Shown here: piece after piece, positions 60,128-64,000 of the stretch | Position numbering within the stretch: the first letter of the stretch is position 1 | How the letters are laid out: every line of letters starts with the position of its first letter | From: Dehalococcoidia bacterium | Lineage (GTDB): Bacteria > Chloroflexota > Dehalococcoidia > DSTF01 > JACRBR01 | Length of the DNA stretch: 64,000 nt | Direction: 5' to 3' | NCBI GenBank assembly: GCA_015478665.1 | Contig: JADMII010000011.1 | Span: 13,889 to 77,888 of the forward strand | Position numbers and translations under genes: made by a program | Notes under the pieces: model-generated | The model's input: the letters and a program-made list of their open reading frames with translations, nothing else | Databases searched by the model: none | What the model was told of the DNA's origin: nothing

Positions 60128-60943
60128 CTACGCCGTCTTGATCGCCTCGATGCGCACCTTGAACGTGCCGGCGGGCGCCTCGACCTCGACCTCTTCGCCG
60201 GCACGATGCTGGTAGATCGCCTTCCCGAGCGGCGAGGCGATGGATACCTTCCCCTGTCCCGAGCGCACCTCGTCCGAGTTGACGAGCATGTATGCCTTCT
60301 CGTTGCCGTTGCGCAGGTCGCGCACCGTCACGTGTGCGCCGATGCGCGCGATGTCGCCCGGCTCGTCGGCGCCGTTCTCGAGCACGACAGCGCGGCGAAG
60401 CGTGGCATCGAGCTCGCGGATCCGCGCCTCCAGGTGCCCCTGCTCGTTGCGCGCGGCGTCGAGGGGGGCGTTTTCGCGGAAGTCCTTGTCCGCCATCGCC
60501 CGCGCGAGGTCGGCCTGGATCACCGGCCGGCGCTCCTTGAGCTGCTCCATCTCGCGCACGAGGTCGTCGTGGCCCTCGCGCGTCAGATAGATCGGCTGCG
60601 TCTCGAGCGTGTGCGCGGTGCTGCTCGGCTTGTTCGCCTTGCGGACGCGCAGGTGGGTGCCGAGGTTGGTGTCGGTGACGCCCTTCTCCTTCGCCCACTT
60701 CAAAAACGCGCGGACGAAATCCGCGCGCTTCGCTGCATCTGAGACGGTGGGGGGGAAGTTCTCGGCGTACTGCGCCACCTCGTGCCCCAGCATCGCATGG
60801 AGGTCACGGCTGGGGCCGCACCATCGGACGAACTTGAGCACTTCCGGTTGCGCCACCTGGCGCTGCGTCTGCTTCAGCGATGCCAGGTAGTTGTGCGCCA
60901 CGTCATCGAGCGTCATGTGCCCGTTCGCCACGTCTTCGGTCAT
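60128..60943 (-). CDS. greA: Transcription elongation factor GreA with an N-terminal extra domain
   Basis: LT.EG...L..E...L, D.RENA..DAA, G..S..SPLG and EAPAG; about 110 extra N-terminal residues. Confidence 0.9.
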   Translation of the reverse strand: MTEDVANGHMTLDDVAHNYLASLKQTQRQVAQPEVLKFVRWCGPSRDLHAMLGHEVAQYAENFPPTVSDAAKRADFVRAFLKWAKEKGVTDTNLGTHLRVRKANKPSSTAHTLETQPIYLTREGHDDLVREMEQLKERRPVIQADLARAMADKDFRENAPLDAARNEQGHLEARIRELDATLRRAVVLENGADEPGDIARIGAHVTVRDLRNGNEKAYMLVNSDEVRSGQGKVSIASPLGKAIYQHRAGEEVEVEAPAGTFKVRIEAIKTA

Positions 60944-60971
60944 CGATTGCATTCCTCCTGCCCTTCCATCG

Positions 60972-61001
60972 ATTGTAGGCAACCGCACAAACCCGCGTCA
61001 A
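60972..61001 (-). promoter_or_regulatory. Putative greA promoter, divergent from rsmG
   Basis: Minus strand TTGACG-N18-TACAAT. Confidence 0.6.
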
Positions 61002-61021
61002 ACATAAGATACGATCCGGCC

Positions 61022-61738
61022 ATGCCATCGCCCCGCCTCCGCACGGAAGCCGCCACCTACGGCGTCGTCCTCAGCGACGAGCAGGTCGCGCAGTTCGACG
61101 CCTACGCGCGCCTGCTGGGACAGTGGTCTGAGCGCGTCAACCTCGTCTCCGACGCGAGCGAGGACGTCGTCGAGCGCCGCCACTTCCTGGAATCGATCGC
61201 GCTCGGAGCGGCGCTGCGGGAACGCGAGCTGCTTCGGCCGGACAGCGGCGTGATCGACGTCGGCAGCGGCGCCGGCTTCCCCGGCGTCGTGCTGAAGCTC
61301 GTCTGGTCGTCGCTGCGTCTGACGCTGCTGGAAGCGACGGGGAAGAAGACGGCCTTCCTGGACGCGCTCGTCGGTGCGCTGGGCCTGAGCGACGTGACGG
61401 TGCGCACGGGCCGCGCCGAGGAGCTGGCGCACGAGGCCGGCCTGCGCGGCGCCTTCGACCTGGCGGTCGCCCGGGCGGTGGCGCCGCTGCCGGCGCTGCT
61501 TGAGCTGACGCTGCCGTTCGTGCGCACCGGCGGCCGCGTCGCCGCAGTGAAGGGCTCGCGGGCAGCCGCCGAGCTGGCGGCGTCGCGTCTTGCGCTCGAC
61601 GCGCTCGGCGCCCGCGCCCTGGCGATGCCGCTGCGAGTGCCCGGCCCGCCCCAGCGGATCATCGTCGCGGTGAAGCAGCGCGAGACGCCGTCCGAGTACC
61701 CGCGCCGGACGGGCGTGCCGCAGAAGCAGCCGTTGTGA
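61022..61738 (+). CDS. rsmG: 16S rRNA m7G527 methyltransferase
   Basis: W...NL, HF.ES, DVGSGAGFPG, KK..FL, RAEE, ARAVA and YPRR.G.P. Confidence 0.93.
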   Translation: MPSPRLRTEAATYGVVLSDEQVAQFDAYARLLGQWSERVNLVSDASEDVVERRHFLESIALGAALRERELLRPDSGVIDVGSGAGFPGVVLKLVWSSLRLTLLEATGKKTAFLDALVGALGLSDVTVRTGRAEELAHEAGLRGAFDLAVARAVAPLPALLELTLPFVRTGGRVAAVKGSRAAAELAASRLALDALGARALAMPLRVPGPPQRIIVAVKQRETPSEYPRRTGVPQKQPL

Positions 61739-61931
61739 GGCAGCGGAACCAAAGCGGCATGCTTCGGCGACCGGCGCGGAACGTCGCGCCGCGCCGGCCG
61801 CGGTCGCCGGCCGGGCCGGAGCGACGCCGAGGCTAGACAGCGGGAGCGCATATGCTGTATGAGGTAGGCAGATGAACCGTTGATGGCTGCACATCTTGCC
61901 GGATGGCAAGAGCGGCGGAGGGAGGATCCTC

Positions 61932-62573
61932 ATGATGTCTCAGGCAGGCGGCATGAATGTCCAGGCACTTGTCGAGCGGCTGCGGCGTCTCGCCATGCTC
62001 GACACGTCCGTCTTCGACGAGGTGCGGGTCGACACCACGGCCACGATCCCGGCGATCGTCGTCGCCGCGGTGTCGATCCTGCTGTTCGGCTTCGGCGGCT
62101 GGTTCTGGTGGGTGCTCGCGGACATCGGCGGCACCGGCAAGGTGTTCTGGCAGTCGCTGATCCTCGGCAGCATCGTTGCCTTCCTGCTCTGGGGCATCTG
62201 GATCGGCATCACCTACGTGATCCTGACGCAGGTGTTCCACGCCCGCGCCGACCTCAACGAGCTGGCGCGCGTGATGGCGTTCGCGACGGTGCCGCTTGCG
62301 CTCGGCGTGCTGATGTTCATCCCCGGCCTTGATTACGGCATCGGCCTGACCGCGGTGGCGCTGCTCCTCGGGCTGACGGTGATCGCCGTGCAGACGGTGA
62401 CCGATGCGCCTGCGGGACGCGTGCTGGCGGCGACGGGCGCCGGCTTCGTCGTCTGGGCCGTCGTGCTGGGTCTGCTCGTTTCGAATTCGCACATCTATGC
62501 GCCAGGCGTCTTCGTGTTCGATACCGGCACGGAATTCCTGAAGTCGCTGTCATCATCGTTCAGCAGCTTCTGA
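61932..62573 (+). CDS. Yip1-like multi-pass membrane protein
   Basis: F.EV..D..AT, R...FA..P and about 5-6 TM helices; GGAGG RBS. Confidence 0.7.
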   Translation: MMSQAGGMNVQALVERLRRLAMLDTSVFDEVRVDTTATIPAIVVAAVSILLFGFGGWFWWVLADIGGTGKVFWQSLILGSIVAFLLWGIWIGITYVILTQVFHARADLNELARVMAFATVPLALGVLMFIPGLDYGIGLTAVALLLGLTVIAVQTVTDAPAGRVLAATGAGFVVWAVVLGLLVSNSHIYAPGVFVFDTGTEFLKSLSSSFSSF

Positions 62574-62678
62574 CCTGAGGCGGCGGGTCGCAGGCGCGCG
62601 CCTACGTCTTGACAACGGCGGCGCCGCCTCACCTCGACGCCGATTCTGGTCACGCCCGGCGCTGGCTATACTCGCCGC

Positions 62679-63941
62679 ATGGAGCTGCTGCCGCGTATCC
62701 GCGACGAGCTGGCGTTCGAAGGCAACATCCGGAAGTCGTACATCTACCGCTTCCTGATGAACTTCCAGCTGTGGTGGCCGATCTGGGTGATCTACCTGCT
62801 CCAGGAGCGCGGCCTGTCGTACACCCAGATCACGCTGCTCGACACGCCCTTCTTCGTCCTCATCGTGCTCGCCGAAGTGCCGACGGGCGCCATCGCCGAC
62901 CACTTCGGGCGCAAGACCTCGCTGATGCTGGCGAGCACGCTCTTCGCCGTGGCGATCTTCGTCTTTGGCATCGCGCAAAACTACTTGCTGATCCTCGTGT
63001 CATACACGGCCTGGGGGCTCGCGCAGACGTTCCAGTCCGGCGCCGACACGGCCATCCTCTACGACAGCCTCAAGCAGATCGGCCGTGAAGACGACTTCCA
63101 GCAGATCAACGGCCGCCTCTGGGCGCTCACGTCGACCGCCGTCCTCATCGCGATGCTGATCGGCGCGCCGATCGCCGCCGCCACGAGCCTCTCGTTCCCG
63201 ATCGTCCTCAGCGCCGGCGTCGCGCTCGTGGCGGTGCCGGTAGCGGCGTCGATGCACGAGCCGCGCCGCGAGCGCGGCGACGAGGCCGGCGAGTACGCAC
63301 GGACGGTGATCGCCGGCATCCGCGACGTCTTCCGTACGCCGCCGTTGCGCTACATCATCCTCTTCAGCGCCATCCTCTTCATGTCGACGTTCGCGCCACT
63401 GATCTTCCTGCAGCCGTTCCTTGCGCATCACGGCGCGGGCATCGGCAGCCTCGGCCTCTGGCAGGCGCCGGTGCGCGGGGCCGGCATCGTCTCGGCGCTG
63501 CTCGCCGCGCGCTTCATCGCCCGGGCGGGCCAGCGCGCCGCGTTCCTGGCGATGCCGCTGGCGCTCGGCCTCTGCTACATCGCGCTCGCCGGCATCGACC
63601 AGGCGTGGGTGTACGTGGCATTCCTGCCCGTCGGCATGGTGGCGGGCATGCAGAACCCGGTGCTCGCGACCTACGTCAACCGCCGCATCCCGAGCGAGCG
63701 TCGGGCGACGATCCTCTCGGTGCAGAGCGTGCTCGGAAGCATGCTGCTGGCGGCGATGGAGCCGACGGGCGGCTTCGTTGCCGACCAGCTCGGCCTGCGC
63801 GCGCTCTTCCTGCTCTTCGGCGTCCTCGTGCTGGCGACGGCGCCGGCGGCCCTCTGGCTGTGGAGCCGCGTCGAATCCGGCGATCTCGCCGTGACGGCGG
63901 CGGCGTCGGAGCGCACGGCCGAGGCGGTGCCCGCGTCGTAG
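62679..63941 (+). CDS. MFS transporter
   Basis: EVPTG.IAD..GRK.S, SGA..A..YDSL, S..RAT..S and about 12 TM helices. Confidence 0.9.
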   Translation: MELLPRIRDELAFEGNIRKSYIYRFLMNFQLWWPIWVIYLLQERGLSYTQITLLDTPFFVLIVLAEVPTGAIADHFGRKTSLMLASTLFAVAIFVFGIAQNYLLILVSYTAWGLAQTFQSGADTAILYDSLKQIGREDDFQQINGRLWALTSTAVLIAMLIGAPIAAATSLSFPIVLSAGVALVAVPVAASMHEPRRERGDEAGEYARTVIAGIRDVFRTPPLRYIILFSAILFMSTFAPLIFLQPFLAHHGAGIGSLGLWQAPVRGAGIVSALLAARFIARAGQRAAFLAMPLALGLCYIALAGIDQAWVYVAFLPVGMVAGMQNPVLATYVNRRIPSERRATILSVQSVLGSMLLAAMEPTGGFVADQLGLRALFLLFGVLVLATAPAALWLWSRVESGDLAVTAAASERTAEAVPAS

Positions 63942-64000
63942 CGCCGCGGCGGCCGGATTCCGCCCGGTTCCCGGCCCGCCAGCGAGCGGCGACCTGCGAG

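Noticed and set aside
60620-60943. Integrase or prophage remnant
   Set aside because: In frame with greA, no catalytic R-H-R-Y domain and no mobile-element neighbours; treated as a fused domain

Overview
Very GC-rich bacterial chromosomal segment, densely coding with about 63 genes. It looks like Chloroflexota (Dehalococcoidia/Tepidiformales-like); this is inferred from the short EF-Ts, the N-terminally extended GreA and the GAAC-N4-GTTC-type SOS boxes. Content is mostly housekeeping or metabolic: rpsB-tsf-pyrH-frr-uppS-cdsA, hisF/hisI, recQ, ruvA, dnaJ, lepB, prmA-rsmE, greA, rsmG, an atypical sucCD-ferredoxin operon, a GMC oxidoreductase triad, an ECF sigma/anti-sigma/SIMPL operon and an SOS-box-controlled imuB-small ORF-dnaE2 cassette without imuA. 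I found no rRNA, tRNA, CRISPR array, transposase or phage genes. Best candidate for an undescribed system: a translationally coupled pair at 28404-30226, made of a PNPOx-like split-barrel protein and a MenA-type prenyltransferase carrying a second PNPOx-like domain. Other items worth a look: GreA with a recombinase core-binding-like N-terminal domain, a membrane GGDEF protein with a dead active site but intact RxxD site, a roughly 40-aa in-frame insertion in DnaE2, a LexA-like box upstream of an MBL-recQ operon, many leaderless promoters, a frameshifted MBL gene and small intergenic repeats. All calls come from motif recognition by eye; no database searches were run.
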